From assembly GCA_965208575.1 (NCBI GenBank), contig CBDBOV010000005.1:256001-320000 (forward strand): a stretch of 64,000 bases of DNA, given 5' to 3'. The translations under genes were made by a program, and so were the position numbers. The stretch comes from Spirochaetia bacterium (lineage in GTDB: Bacteria; Spirochaetota; Spirochaetia; SZUA-6; Bin103). This document shows positions 40,801 through 50,124 of this stretch, in pieces. Position 1 is the first letter of the stretch. The number at the start of each line of letters is the position of its first letter. A model generated the notes under the pieces. That model searched no databases and was not told the DNA's origin. It saw only the letters and a program-made list of their open reading frames with translations.

Positions 40801-43800
40801 CCGTTCGCGGCACGAGTGTCCGCGATCAGCGCGAGCGTCGGCGCGCCGCCCTCGGTGTCGACCCGCACCGGCGCGTCGAACGTCACCGCCGCCTCGACCG
40901 TCTCGCCCTCGGCCCAGGCGCCGTCGCTTCCCGCGTCCGAGACCACCTCGACCCCGGTCACCGCGACCGGGACCGGCGCGAGCCGCCAGTCCACCTTGTG
41001 CGCCGGGTCGTGGTCGATTCCCGGGTGCCCGAGCGCCGCGTCCGCCTGCGTCACCGCCGCCTTGATGGTCCCGCCATGCAGCGCCAGCGTGTCCGCGAGC
41101 ACCGCGATCCCTTGCGTCGAGATGTTGGGCTCGACCACCTCGTGGACGAACACCAGCGTGTCGGTGCCCGAGCCGCTCTCGTACGCCGCGCGCTTCTCGC
41201 CCCACTCCGCCGGGTCCATGTCTATGGTCAGCGCCGGCGTGCCGCCGGCCGTGTCCACGTCGACCGCCGTCCCGAAGGTCACCGCCACCCGGATCCGCTC
41301 GCCGAGCGCGTAGGTGTCGTCCTCGCCTGCGTCCGAGACCACCGCGACCCCCGTCACCGCGGGCGCCCCCCCGGTGACGTTCTCCAGGTCGATCTCGACG
41401 TAGCGCTCCTCGACCGTGCCGTCCTGCGTGTGGAGCCGCGACAGGCCCGGCGTCTTCATGGGGTTGCCGGCGAGGTCGCGCAGCGGCCCGTCGGAGCCGT
41501 CGGCGCGCCGGGAGTACTTCACGCGGTTTTGCTCCAGCAGGCCCGCCTTCGCCCGGGGCATGCCCTCGCCCATGCCGACCGTCACCACGGCGCCCGCGAC
41601 CGCCACGCCGCCCGTGGGCGTGAAGCCGACCGTGTCGGTCCCCGAGGTCTGCAAGGCCATGTTGAACCGGCCCCCCGTCGCCTCGGGGTCCAGCGCCTCG
41701 CTGAAGGTGAGCGTCATCGTCGCGCCGTCGATGGCGCCCCGCAGCAGTTGCGGCGGCGCCGCGTCCACCCGGTGACCTGCGTCGTGGGCGATTCCCGCGT
41801 GGCCGAGCGCGGCGTCAGTCTGTGTCGCCGCCGAGCGGATCGTCCCGCCGTCGAGCGCCAGCGTGTCCGCGAGCACCGCGATGCCCGCGGCCGACTCGTC
41901 CGGCGCCACCGCGGTCCAGGCGAAGGTCAGCGTCTCCGTCCCCGAGCCGCCCTCGTACGCCGCCCACCGCTCGCCCGCACCCCCCTCGCCGCCGAGGTCG
42001 AGCTTGAGCCGCGGCGTCCCGTTGGTGGTGTCCACCTCCACCGCCTCGCCGAAGGTCAGCGCCACCCGCACCGCCTCGCCCGCCGCGTAGGTGGCGTCGC
42101 TTCCCGCCTCCGAGACCACCGCCACCCCAATCACCGCCGGCCCCCCGCCCGCCACCGCCTGCCCGGTGAACGGCGCCACCTGGTGGCCCTCCACGTCCCA
42201 CAGCCCTGTGCCGCCCGAGTGCGGCGGGACGTAGCGCACCGTCAGCCGCTCACCCTCGGCCGGCGCCCGGCTCAAGCTCAGCACCACCTCCCGCCCGTCG
42301 GCCGAGAGCGCCGCGTCCTCCACCGCAAGCGCGGGCGCGCCCCCCGGCGTGCGCACCGACCGGGCGCTCGCACCGCCGCCCCCGTCCCCGGCGCCGCTCG
42401 CCCGGAAGTCCTCCGCGCGCGGCGGCGCCTCCCGGGTCAGCGCCCCCTCGAAGCGAAGCCGCATCTGCGACCGGCTCACCGACACCCCCGAGAACCGGTC
42501 CACGCACCACTGCGCGTGCGCGTTCCTCACCGCCTGCTCGCTGAACCCGTCCGCCTGCACACCCCACACGTTGCGCAAGGCGTTCGTCGTCGGCTTCGCG
42601 TAGCTCACCGTGCCGGTTCTGTTGCACGGAAAGACCGGCCACTTCAGGCCCAGCTCCACCTCGTTGCCGCGCACCGCCACGGACTCCACCGGGAGGTACC
42701 CCCAGCTCATGGAGAACGCCGAGCGGTCCGGCACGTGCGCCGGGTCGAGCGGCTGCGTCCAGGCGAGCGTCAGCGTCCGGTGCGCCACCGACGCCGGGTC
42801 CGCCGCCGCAAGCCCCGGCTTGCCCGGGCTCGTCGGCCCCAGGTTGGTCACCGACTCGCCCGACAGGTTCGCCGCGTCGTTGCCCGCCGTGTCCTGGACC
42901 GGGTTCGTCCCCGCCGTGTAGTCCACCGTCACCGCCGCCGAGGCCGCGACCGACGCGGACAGCGTGAGCGTGACCGCGCTCGCGCTCACCGCAACGCCGC
43001 TCACCGTCTGCGCGGCAGTCCCCGCTCTCACCGTGTAGGCGCCCCTCGCCGGCACCGAGCCGGTGTCCAGCGTCTCGTCGTAGTACAGCGTGAGCTTCGT
43101 CCCGCTCGCCACCGCCCGGGTCAGCGTCGGCCGCACCGCCCGCTCCCCGGCCGAGCGCGTCACCGTGCGCTGGAACGCCGCGACCTCGTTGCCGTGGGTA
43201 TCCTCGAGCGCGGCGCCCAGGCTGGGCGAGGGGCGGTAGCTCACCATGGCCTGGTGCCCCGCAAGCACCCCCGTGCCGAGCGTGAGCGTCACCGTCGCCC
43301 CGTTCACCGCGACCGTGTTGGGGGACTGGTCGGTGACCGGCGCCCCCTGGAAGCGGGCGCCCTGGATGAGGAACGTTTCGCGCAGACTCAGGAGCTGCCG
43401 CGCCGAGGGCGTCGCCAGGGGCTCGTCGAAGGTCAGCGTCACGATCGTCCCCGTCGCGTCGTCCACCGCCGCGCTCGGGTGCTGCGCCGGGCCGGTGTTG
43501 TTGGTCACCGTCTGAGCGGGAAAGCTCGCCACCTCGTTGCCGGCCTCGTCCCTCAGCCGGTTGCCGGTGCCCATGGTCGGCTTGGTGTAGCTCACCTTCA
43601 CGTCCGTGTCGGTGTCCAGCACCGCGTTCGCCAGGGTCAGGGTCACCACCGCCCCGCTGATGGTGGGCGACCCGCTCAGGCTCACGGTCTGCTCGCCGCT
43701 CCCCGACGGGGTCTTCTTCACCGTGAAGGCGCCGTTCGCCAGCGACTCGGCCGTGCCGAGGGTCTCGTTGAAGGTGAGCGTCAGCGTCGCCCCGTCCACC

Positions 43801-44678
43801 GCCGCCGCGGACAGGGTTGGCGAGGTGCCGTCCACCTTGTGGTTCGCGTCGTGGGCGAGCCCGGCATGGGTGAGCGTCGCGTTCTCCCCGGTGGTCGACA
43901 CGGACACGATGGTGCCGCCGTTCAGCTCCAGCGTGTTCGCCAGCACCGCCGCGCCCGCGCTCGAGGCGTCGCCCGCAGCCACCGTGTAGGCGAACTCCAG
44001 CGTCGTCGTGCCGCTGCCGCTCGCGTAGTCCGCCCACTTCTCGTCCCCGGCACCGGTGCTGAAGTCGAGCTTCACCCGCGGCACGCCGGTGACCGTCACC
44101 GCCTTGCTGAAGGTCAGCCGAACCCCGATGGTCGCGCCCCGTGCGTAGGTGTCGTCGGCGACCGGCTGCGACGACACCGCGACCCCCGTCACCGTCGGCA
44201 CCATCCCGGTGACGTTTTTCAGTGCAATGATTTTTGTGCTGGGCCTGTCCAACATCCGGTGGTCCAACCTCACCGCGTTGCCCGCGAGGTCCTTGAGCCC
44301 CTCGGCGCGGTCTGTGGGCGATATGTAAAAAAATTTGTTTGAGAACAACAGAGAGGTGCTTGGCGGCCAGCCCGGTTGCGCCTGTACAGTGCGTTCGCCC
44401 AGTCCGACCGTCACCACGTTGCCGCTGATCGTCACCTCGCCCTTGGCGGTAAAGGAGTTAGTCGATATCGAGCCGTGAACGCCGTAAATTTCCACCCGGA
44501 ACCATCCCCCCTTCGAGTTCGTATCCAGCGCCTCGCTGAAGTAGAGGGTCACCGTCCTGCCGTCGATCTCGCCCCGTACCAGCGTCGGCGGCGTGGTGTC
44601 CGGGGCCTGCGCGGCGGCGAACGGCGCCAGCGCGGTCGCGACGGCGGCGAGCAGCGCGAACGTACGGACGAACTTCAT
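37749..44678 (-). CDS. Giant autotransporter-like adhesin 1 (SwmB-like, Ig-like modules, Calx-beta, C-terminal beta-barrel), 2309 aa
   Basis: Signal peptide; LTLTFNE/DxAGN SwmB-like repeats; VDYATSDGTATAGEDY..GTLTF Calx-beta; AWLARFGRT linker; barrel ending LDARY. Confidence 0.85.
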   Translation of the reverse strand: MKFVRTFALLAAVATALAPFAAAQAPDTTPPTLVRGEIDGRTVTLYFSEALDTNSKGGWFRVEIYGVHGSISTNSFTAKGEVTISGNVVTVGLGERTVQAQPGWPPSTSLLFSNKFFYISPTDRAEGLKDLAGNAVRLDHRMLDRPSTKIIALKNVTGMVPTVTGVAVSSQPVADDTYARGATIGVRLTFSKAVTVTGVPRVKLDFSTGAGDEKWADYASGSGTTTLEFAYTVAAGDASSAGAAVLANTLELNGGTIVSVSTTGENATLTHAGLAHDANHKVDGTSPTLSAAAVDGATLTLTFNETLGTAESLANGAFTVKKTPSGSGEQTVSLSGSPTISGAVVTLTLANAVLDTDTDVKVSYTKPTMGTGNRLRDEAGNEVASFPAQTVTNNTGPAQHPSAAVDDATGTIVTLTFDEPLATPSARQLLSLRETFLIQGARFQGAPVTDQSPNTVAVNGATVTLTLGTGVLAGHQAMVSYRPSPSLGAALEDTHGNEVAAFQRTVTRSAGERAVRPTLTRAVASGTKLTLYYDETLDTGSVPARGAYTVRAGTAAQTVSGVAVSASAVTLTLSASVAASAAVTVDYTAGTNPVQDTAGNDAANLSGESVTNLGPTSPGKPGLAAADPASVAHRTLTLAWTQPLDPAHVPDRSAFSMSWGYLPVESVAVRGNEVELGLKWPVFPCNRTGTVSYAKPTTNALRNVWGVQADGFSEQAVRNAHAQWCVDRFSGVSVSRSQMRLRFEGALTREAPPRAEDFRASGAGDGGGGASARSVRTPGGAPALAVEDAALSADGREVVLSLSRAPAEGERLTVRYVPPHSGGTGLWDVEGHQVAPFTGQAVAGGGPAVIGVAVVSEAGSDATYAAGEAVRVALTFGEAVEVDTTNGTPRLKLDLGGEGGAGERWAAYEGGSGTETLTFAWTAVAPDESAAGIAVLADTLALDGGTIRSAATQTDAALGHAGIAHDAGHRVDAAPPQLLRGAIDGATMTLTFSEALDPEATGGRFNMALQTSGTDTVGFTPTGGVAVAGAVVTVGMGEGMPRAKAGLLEQNRVKYSRRADGSDGPLRDLAGNPMKTPGLSRLHTQDGTVEERYVEIDLENVTGGAPAVTGVAVVSDAGEDDTYALGERIRVAVTFGTAVDVDTAGGTPALTIDMDPAEWGEKRAAYESGSGTDTLVFVHEVVEPNISTQGIAVLADTLALHGGTIKAAVTQADAALGHPGIDHDPAHKVDWRLAPVPVAVTGVEVVSDAGSDGAWAEGETVEAAVTFDAPVRVDTEGGAPTLALIADTRAANGGIRRAAYVSGTGTARLVFAYRVTEADGRVQAPVRVAASGLKLNGGTIVAAAAGAPASLGFGAAPGVTAVSVATQADGRFEAGESVEATLVFAEPVAVEGVPTVAVTFGDVERRAAYVRGSGGDRLTFAYTLAEGEVWQGAPGLAGDSLRLDGGSVSSAGGGLAAVLAHPEVEGAAATPPPSVAAVAVMSDAGSDATYGLGERIRVRVSFTGAVTVTGAPEIAIDMDPAEWGTKRAVYERGSGSPTLIFVHEVVEPNISTQGIAVLADTLDANGGAIVSTRTGADALLGHVALAHDPAHKVDWRMSPPASSSGPPSVSGVSVVSSPASGDTYLLGETIRIRATFSEAVTVTGTPTLSIDMDPAEWGEKQAAYASGSGTSSLIFAHTVVEPNLSRQGIAVLADTLTLSGGTIRTAGGTDAALGHTGLGHASGHKVDWRPALSVADARAREGADEAVEFEVSLSRAFTGAEHSVTVDYATSDGTATAGEDYTAASGTLTFAAGETTKTVSVPVLDDSHDEGHETFSLRLSNLVGARAGDLEATGTIENTDPMPRAWLARFGRTLAEQVVDAVGARLAARGGGGAQARIAGQELAAGGLDADESARLADQELARWLAGRPEQPRTMSGGELLAGSAFAVTSAAAQDGPSAALWGRGGWSRFEGREGSLSVEGEVTTALLGAEVDSGAWLGGVMLSHARGDGSYRAAAGAGTVASTLTAVHPYVGVDLSERLTAWAAGGLGLGGLTLTPEGAAALETDLSLVLAALGARGRLVEPTAGSGFSLAIETDAYWVRTGSAEASGLAEAQADATRIRLGLDGGYRLALAGGGTLEPTVAVGVRHDGGDAETGYGMDVGGGLAWSAPALGLSAQVAARGLLTAEFDGFRDLGLSGSLAWDSDPASDRGASLSVTQTVGAAATGGSRALLGRPTLAGLAATGDGLDSRRLELKFGYGFPAFGERLTATPEFGVALSDTAREFRLGWKLGLARSGTSSFDLGVEAIRTEPVNDSGPQHGIRLKLDARY

Positions 44679-44750
44679 GGCGCTCTCCCTTGCCGGCCCT
44701 TTCCGGGCTTGCGTCGCGTCATCGCGGCCTGCAGTGCGCGACGCCGCGCA

Positions 44751-47700
44751 TCAGTACCGGGAGTCCAGCTTCAGCCGGATGCCGTGCTCAGGCCCGGAGT
44801 CGTTGACCGGCTCGGTCCGGATCGCCTCGACGCCGAGGTCGAACGATGACGTCCCGCTCCGGGCGAGCCCGAGCTTCCAGCCGAGGCGGAACTCGCGCGC
44901 GGTGTCCGAGAGCGCGACGCCCACCTCCGGCGTTGCGGTGAGGCGCTCGCCGAAGGCAGGGAAGCCGTAGCCGAACTTCAGTTCCAGCCGACGGCTGTCC
45001 AGGCCGTCGCCGGTGGCCGCCAGGCCGGCCAGGGTCGGCCGCCCGAGCAGCGCCCGGCTGCCGCCGGTGGCCGCGGCGCCCACCGTCTGGGTGACAGTCA
45101 ACGACGCTCCCCGGTCGGATGCCGGGTCCGAGTCCCAGGCGAGCGACCCGGACAGACCGAGGTCGCGGAAGCCGTCGAACTCCGCGGTCAGCAACCCGCG
45201 CGCCGCCACCTGCCCCGACAGCCCGAGCGCCGGGGCCGACCAGGCCAGCCCGCCACCCACGTCCATCCCGTAGCCGGTCTCCGCGTCACCGCCGTCGTGG
45301 CGCACCCCGACCGCGACCGTGGGCTCCAGCGCGCCGCCGCCCGCCAGCCCGATCCGGTAGCCGCCGTCGAGCCCCAGCCTGATCCGCGTGGCGTCCGCCT
45401 GTGCTTCCGCCAGCCCGGATGCCTCCGCGGAACCGGTGCGCACCCAGTAGGCGTCGGTCTCGATGGCCAGCGAGAAGCCGCTCCCGGCGGTCGGCTCCAC
45501 CAGCCGCCCGCGCGCGCCGAGCGCCGCCAGCACCAGCGACAGGTCGGTCTCCAGCGCCCTCGCCCCCTCGGGCGTGAGCGTGAGCCCGCCCAGCCCCAGC
45601 CCGCCGGCCGCCCACGCGGTCAGCCGCTCGCTCAGGTCCACCCCCACGTAGGGATGCACCGCGGTCAGCGTGCTCGCCACCGTCCCGGCGCCGGCGTCGG
45701 CCCGGTAGCTGCCGTCCCCGCGTGCGTGCGAGAGCATCACCCCACCGAGCCACGCTCGGGAGTCCACCTCCGCGCCGAGCAGTGCCGTGGTCACCTCGCC
45801 CTCGACGCTCAGGCTCCCCTCGCGCCCCTCGAACCGCGACCACCCGCCGCGGCCCCACAGCGCCGCCGCCGGCCGATCCTCCGCCGCCGCGGAGGTCACC
45901 GAAAACGCGCTGCCGGCCAGCAGCTCGCCGCCGCTCATCGTGCGCGGCTGCTCCGGCCTGCCCGCCAGCCAGCGCGCCAGCTCCTGGTCGGCAAGCCGCG
46001 CCGATTCGTCCGCGTCGAGGCCGCCGGCGCCGGCGAGCTCCTGCCCGGCAAGCCGCGCCTGTGCACCGCCGCCGCCCCGCGCCGCCAGCCGCTCCCCGAC
46101 CGCGTCCACCACCTGCTCGGCCAGCGTGCGCCCGAAGCGCGCCAGCCACGCCCGCGGCATCGGGTCCGTGTTCTCGATCGTGCCGGTCGCCTCCAGGTCG
46201 CCCGCGCGCGCGCCCACGACGTTCGACAGCCGCAAGCTGAACGTCTCGTGCCCCTCGTCGTGGCTGTCGTCGAGCACGGGCACGCTCACCGTCTTCGTCG
46301 TCTCGCCCGCGGCGAAGGTCAGCGTGCCGCTCGCCGCCGTGTAGTCCTCGCCCGCCGTCGCCGTGCCGTCGGATGTGGCGTAGTCCACCGTCACGGAGTG
46401 CCCCGCGCCTGTGAAGGCGCGGCTCAGCGACACCTCGAACTCCACCGCCTCGTCCGCACCCTCACGCGCCCGTGCGTCCGCCACCGAGAGCGCCGGGCGC
46501 CAGTCCACCTTGTGGCCGGAAGCATGGCCGAGGCCGGTGTGCCCGAGCGCCGCGTCCGTCCCGCCCGCCGTGCGGATCGTCCCGCCGCTCAGGGTCAGCG
46601 TGTCCGCGAGCACCGCGATCCCCTGCCTCGACAGGTTCGGCTCCACCACCGTGTGCGCGAAAATGAGGCTGCTCGTGCCGCTGCCGCTCGCGTAGGCCGC
46701 CTGCTTCTCGCCCCACTCCGCCGGGTCCATGTCGATGGACAGCGTCGGCGTGCCGGTCACCGTCACCGCCTCGCTGAACGTCGCCCGGATCCGGATCGTC
46801 TCGCCCAGCAGATAGGTGTCGCCCGAGGCCGGGCTCGACACCACCGCCACGCCGCTCACCGACGGCGGCCCCGGCGCCTTCACCGTCGCCGACACCGCGC
46901 TCGACAGCTTCCGCCCGTCCGGCGTGCACAACGCGCCCGTCGCCGTGCAGTCCGTCGTCGCCGGCAGCGACACCGTGACCTCCGCCCCCGAGGTCGGCTG
47001 CACCGTGACCGTCCAGCGCCGGTTGTCGCCCTTCACCACCCGCTTCGTGCGGGTCACCGTCGCGTTCGTCGCCTGAAGCGCCTCGGTGCGCAGCGTCGCC
47101 GAGGAAAGCTTCCGCACCAGCGCCTCGCTGAACACGAGACCGAAGCTGAACGCGCTGTCCCTGCCCCCGTGCGAGGCCGGCACATCGACGAACCGCGCCG
47201 TCAGCGGCGGCTGCCCCCCCGCCGTCCGCCAGTCCACCTTGTGGTTCGCGTCGTGGCCAAGGCCGTCATGCGAGAGGTTCGCGTCCGCGCCGTCCGCGCG
47301 GATCGTCCCGCCGGCGAGCTCCAGCGTGTCCTCCAGCACGGCGATGCCCTGCGTCGAGATGTTGGGCTCCACCACCGTGTGGACGAAGGTGAGGCTGTCC
47401 GTGCCGCCGCCGCTCGCGTAGGCCGCCCACTTCTCGCCCCACTCCGCCGGGTCCATGTCGATCTTGATGCGCGGCGTGCCCGTCACGTCCACCGGCCCGT
47501 CGAAGGTCACCCGGACCTGGATGGTGTCGCCGAGCCCGTAGGTCTGGTCCGCGCCCGCGCCCGAGGCCACCGACACGCCGGTCACCGCCGGCGGCGCCGG
47601 CGCCGTTACCGTCGCCGTCACCGCGTTCGACAGCCCCCGCCCGTCCGGCGTGCACAACGCGCCCGTCGCCGTGCAGTCGGTCGTCGCCGGCAGCGACACC

Positions 47701-49322
47701 GTGACCTCCGCCCCCGAGGTCGGCTGCACCGTGACCGTCCAGCGCCGGTTCTCGCCTTTCACCACCCGCTTCGTGCGGGTCACCGTCGCGTTCGTCGCCT
47801 CGAGCGCCTCGGTGCGCAGCGTCGCCGAGGAAAACTCCCGCACCAGCGCCTCGCTGAACTCGAGACCGAAGCTGAACGCGCTGTCCCTGCCCCCGTGCGA
47901 GGCCGGCACATCGACGAACCGCGCCGTCAGCGGCCGGCTGCCCCCCTGCCCCCCTGCCCCGGACGCGGTTGGGAGGCGCCCGCCGTCCACCTTGTGGTTC
48001 CGGTTGTGGGCGAGGCCCCCATGCGCAAGCGTCGCGTCCTCCCCGGCATCCGACGTGGACTCGATCGTGCCGCCGTTCAGTTCCAGCGTGTTCGCGAGCA
48101 CCGCCACGCCCGCGCTCGACGAGTCGTCCTGCGCCACCGCGTAGGCGAACTCCAGCCTCGTCGTGCCACTGCCGCCCGTGTACTCCGCCCACTGCTCGTC
48201 TCCGTCCGACGAGCTGAAGTCGAGCTTCACCCGCGGCGTGCCGGTGACCGTCACCGCCTCGCTAAAGGTCAGCCGCACCCCGATGGTCTCGCCCTGCGCG
48301 TAGGTGTCGTCGCCGACCGGCTCCGACGACACCTCGACATTCGTGGCCTTGGGCAGACAGAGAGGAGCCGCCGCCCGGCGATAAGCGCCGGCCGTCTGAA
48401 TGGCGGCCGCCTGAATGCCGGCCGCCTGAAAGCCAGCCGCTTGAACGCCGGCCGCTTGAACGCCGGACGCCTGAATGCCGGCCGCCTGAAAGCCGGCCGC
48501 CCGGCTGCCCGCCGCCTGAAAGCTGGCCGCCCCGAAAGGGCTGGCCCACGTCCCACAGTCAGGGACCACCGTCCGACCAGCAATGCCGTCCCACTGCATA
48601 GCTGCCACCTGGTTGCCGGAGGGGTCCTGGAGCGGGTTGCTGGTCGGCTTCGTGTAGCTCACCGTCACCTGCGCGCCGGACGCCGCCGCCGAGGCCAGGT
48701 TCAGCTTGAGCGTGTCCCCGGAAATCTCCACCGGATCGGTAGTCGCCAGTGTGGCCGGACTATTGCTCACCCTCACCGTAAACGCGCTCGCCGCCGGCTT
48801 GGAACTCGTGTCCAGTTGGGTGTAGAAGGTCATGGTCACCACCGTGCCGCTCACCTCCACAAGCCTGACCGCCGGCGTGGAGACGTTGCTCAACTTGATC
48901 GAGTTCCTTGGGTGTATGTCCCTCACCTCGTTGCCGGCAACGTCCCGGAGCTTGTTGACGGCCCCGCTGCTGAAGTACGCGTAAAACCAGGCACTGTAGC
49001 CCGGTGTCGCCCGTCTGACGCCACCGACCATCACCGTTTTGCCGCTGATCGTCACCGGTCCCTTTGACCAACAAGTGCTCCCGCAACCGCATCTGATCCC
49101 GGGAGGGCACGGGCACGGGAATTTCACCTGCGCCCAGAAGGCGCGCGCCGCCGGCACCGAGGTCGTGTCCAGCGTCTCGCTGAAGTAGAGGGTCATCGTC
49201 GTGCCGTCGATTTCACCCCGCACCAGCGTCGGCGGCGTGGTGTCCGGGGCCTGCGCGGCGGCGAACGGCGCCAGCGCGGTAGCGACGGCGGCCAGGAGCG
49301 CGAACGTACGGACGAGTTTCAT
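44751..49322 (-). CDS. Autotransporter-like adhesin 2, 1523 aa
   Basis: Near-identical signal peptide and near-identical C-terminal ~690 aa to adhesin 1. Confidence 0.85.
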   Translation of the reverse strand: MKLVRTFALLAAVATALAPFAAAQAPDTTPPTLVRGEIDGTTMTLYFSETLDTTSVPAARAFWAQVKFPCPCPPGIRCGCGSTCWSKGPVTISGKTVMVGGVRRATPGYSAWFYAYFSSGAVNKLRDVAGNEVRDIHPRNSIKLSNVSTPAVRLVEVSGTVVTMTFYTQLDTSSKPAASAFTVRVSNSPATLATTDPVEISGDTLKLNLASAAASGAQVTVSYTKPTSNPLQDPSGNQVAAMQWDGIAGRTVVPDCGTWASPFGAASFQAAGSRAAGFQAAGIQASGVQAAGVQAAGFQAAGIQAAAIQTAGAYRRAAAPLCLPKATNVEVSSEPVGDDTYAQGETIGVRLTFSEAVTVTGTPRVKLDFSSSDGDEQWAEYTGGSGTTRLEFAYAVAQDDSSSAGVAVLANTLELNGGTIESTSDAGEDATLAHGGLAHNRNHKVDGGRLPTASGAGGQGGSRPLTARFVDVPASHGGRDSAFSFGLEFSEALVREFSSATLRTEALEATNATVTRTKRVVKGENRRWTVTVQPTSGAEVTVSLPATTDCTATGALCTPDGRGLSNAVTATVTAPAPPAVTGVSVASGAGADQTYGLGDTIQVRVTFDGPVDVTGTPRIKIDMDPAEWGEKWAAYASGGGTDSLTFVHTVVEPNISTQGIAVLEDTLELAGGTIRADGADANLSHDGLGHDANHKVDWRTAGGQPPLTARFVDVPASHGGRDSAFSFGLVFSEALVRKLSSATLRTEALQATNATVTRTKRVVKGDNRRWTVTVQPTSGAEVTVSLPATTDCTATGALCTPDGRKLSSAVSATVKAPGPPSVSGVAVVSSPASGDTYLLGETIRIRATFSEAVTVTGTPTLSIDMDPAEWGEKQAAYASGSGTSSLIFAHTVVEPNLSRQGIAVLADTLTLSGGTIRTAGGTDAALGHTGLGHASGHKVDWRPALSVADARAREGADEAVEFEVSLSRAFTGAGHSVTVDYATSDGTATAGEDYTAASGTLTFAAGETTKTVSVPVLDDSHDEGHETFSLRLSNVVGARAGDLEATGTIENTDPMPRAWLARFGRTLAEQVVDAVGERLAARGGGGAQARLAGQELAGAGGLDADESARLADQELARWLAGRPEQPRTMSGGELLAGSAFSVTSAAAEDRPAAALWGRGGWSRFEGREGSLSVEGEVTTALLGAEVDSRAWLGGVMLSHARGDGSYRADAGAGTVASTLTAVHPYVGVDLSERLTAWAAGGLGLGGLTLTPEGARALETDLSLVLAALGARGRLVEPTAGSGFSLAIETDAYWVRTGSAEASGLAEAQADATRIRLGLDGGYRIGLAGGGALEPTVAVGVRHDGGDAETGYGMDVGGGLAWSAPALGLSGQVAARGLLTAEFDGFRDLGLSGSLAWDSDPASDRGASLTVTQTVGAAATGGSRALLGRPTLAGLAATGDGLDSRRLELKFGYGFPAFGERLTATPEVGVALSDTAREFRLGWKLGLARSGTSSFDLGVEAIRTEPVNDSGPEHGIRLKLDSRY
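48385..48531. repeat. 15-bp tandem repeat encoding AAG(F/I/V)Q pentapeptides
   Basis: gccggccgcctgaa(t/a) units, about 9-10 diverged copies. Confidence 0.85.
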
Positions 49323-49696
49323 GGCACTCTCCCTTGCCGGCCCTTGCCGGGCTTGCGTCGCGTCATCGCGGCCTGCAGTGCGCGCCGCCGCCCATCACCG
49401 GGCGTGCAGCTTCGTTCGCGATAGTCTCGGCCGCCGGCGAGACTCCGCACTGTCAGGTTTCCTCGCCCCGCCAGCCCCCTCCGGCGCCCACACGACATGC
49501 GAGCCTCGCCGAATGACAGGGACAGGGGCCGTCCACACTCCGACCGCATGCTGCCGGATTATACCAGGTCTTGTATAAAATGTGCGTACTAATACGGCCT
49601 TTTTCAATATTCATATCATCAACTTACCGGCGGCCGGAGAGGGCGGCGCGGAGACGGCCGCCGACCCCACGCCCGGACCGGCAACCGGCCGAGCAC

Positions 49697-49983
49697 GGGT
49701 GAGCGCGCTGCGGCGCGAGCTGGCGGGCTGCTTCGACCTGACGGTCTGGCTCTCCTGCCCGCGCGAGAAGCGGGTCGCGCGTCTCGCCGGGCGCGGTGAC
49801 ACGCCGCCGGAGGAGATCGAGTACTGGCTGCCCTCCGAGGATGCCTACGTCGCCGCGCATGCGCCCCGGCAGCGCGCCCACCTGGTGGTCGACGCCAGCG
49901 CCGACGCGGCGGCCGGCGCCGGGCTGGTGACCAAGCGCTGGTCGCCGCCGCCGGCAGCGGGCTACCGGATGCGGGAGTCGTAG
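49697..49983 (+). pseudogene. Duplicated 3' part of the uridine kinase-like gene
   Basis: Near-identical to 37488-37745 (VSALRRELAGCFDL..RWSPP) with its own stop. Confidence 0.85.
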
Positions 49984-50043
49984 TCGGCTACCGATGCCGC
50001 CACCAGCCGGCGGTACCTTCTCGATCGGCGGAATCCGCTTCAC

Positions 50044-50087
50044 CCGGTGCGGTCATGGCCGCCGCTCCGGCATCCGTGACCGCACCG
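50044..50087. terminator. GC-rich hairpin between convergent gene ends
   Basis: CGGTGCGGTCA ... TGACCGCACCG perfect 11-bp stem; no U-tract. Confidence 0.4.
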
Positions 50088-50124
50088 TCGCGTCATCGCG
50101 GCCTGCAGTGCGCGACGCCGCGCA

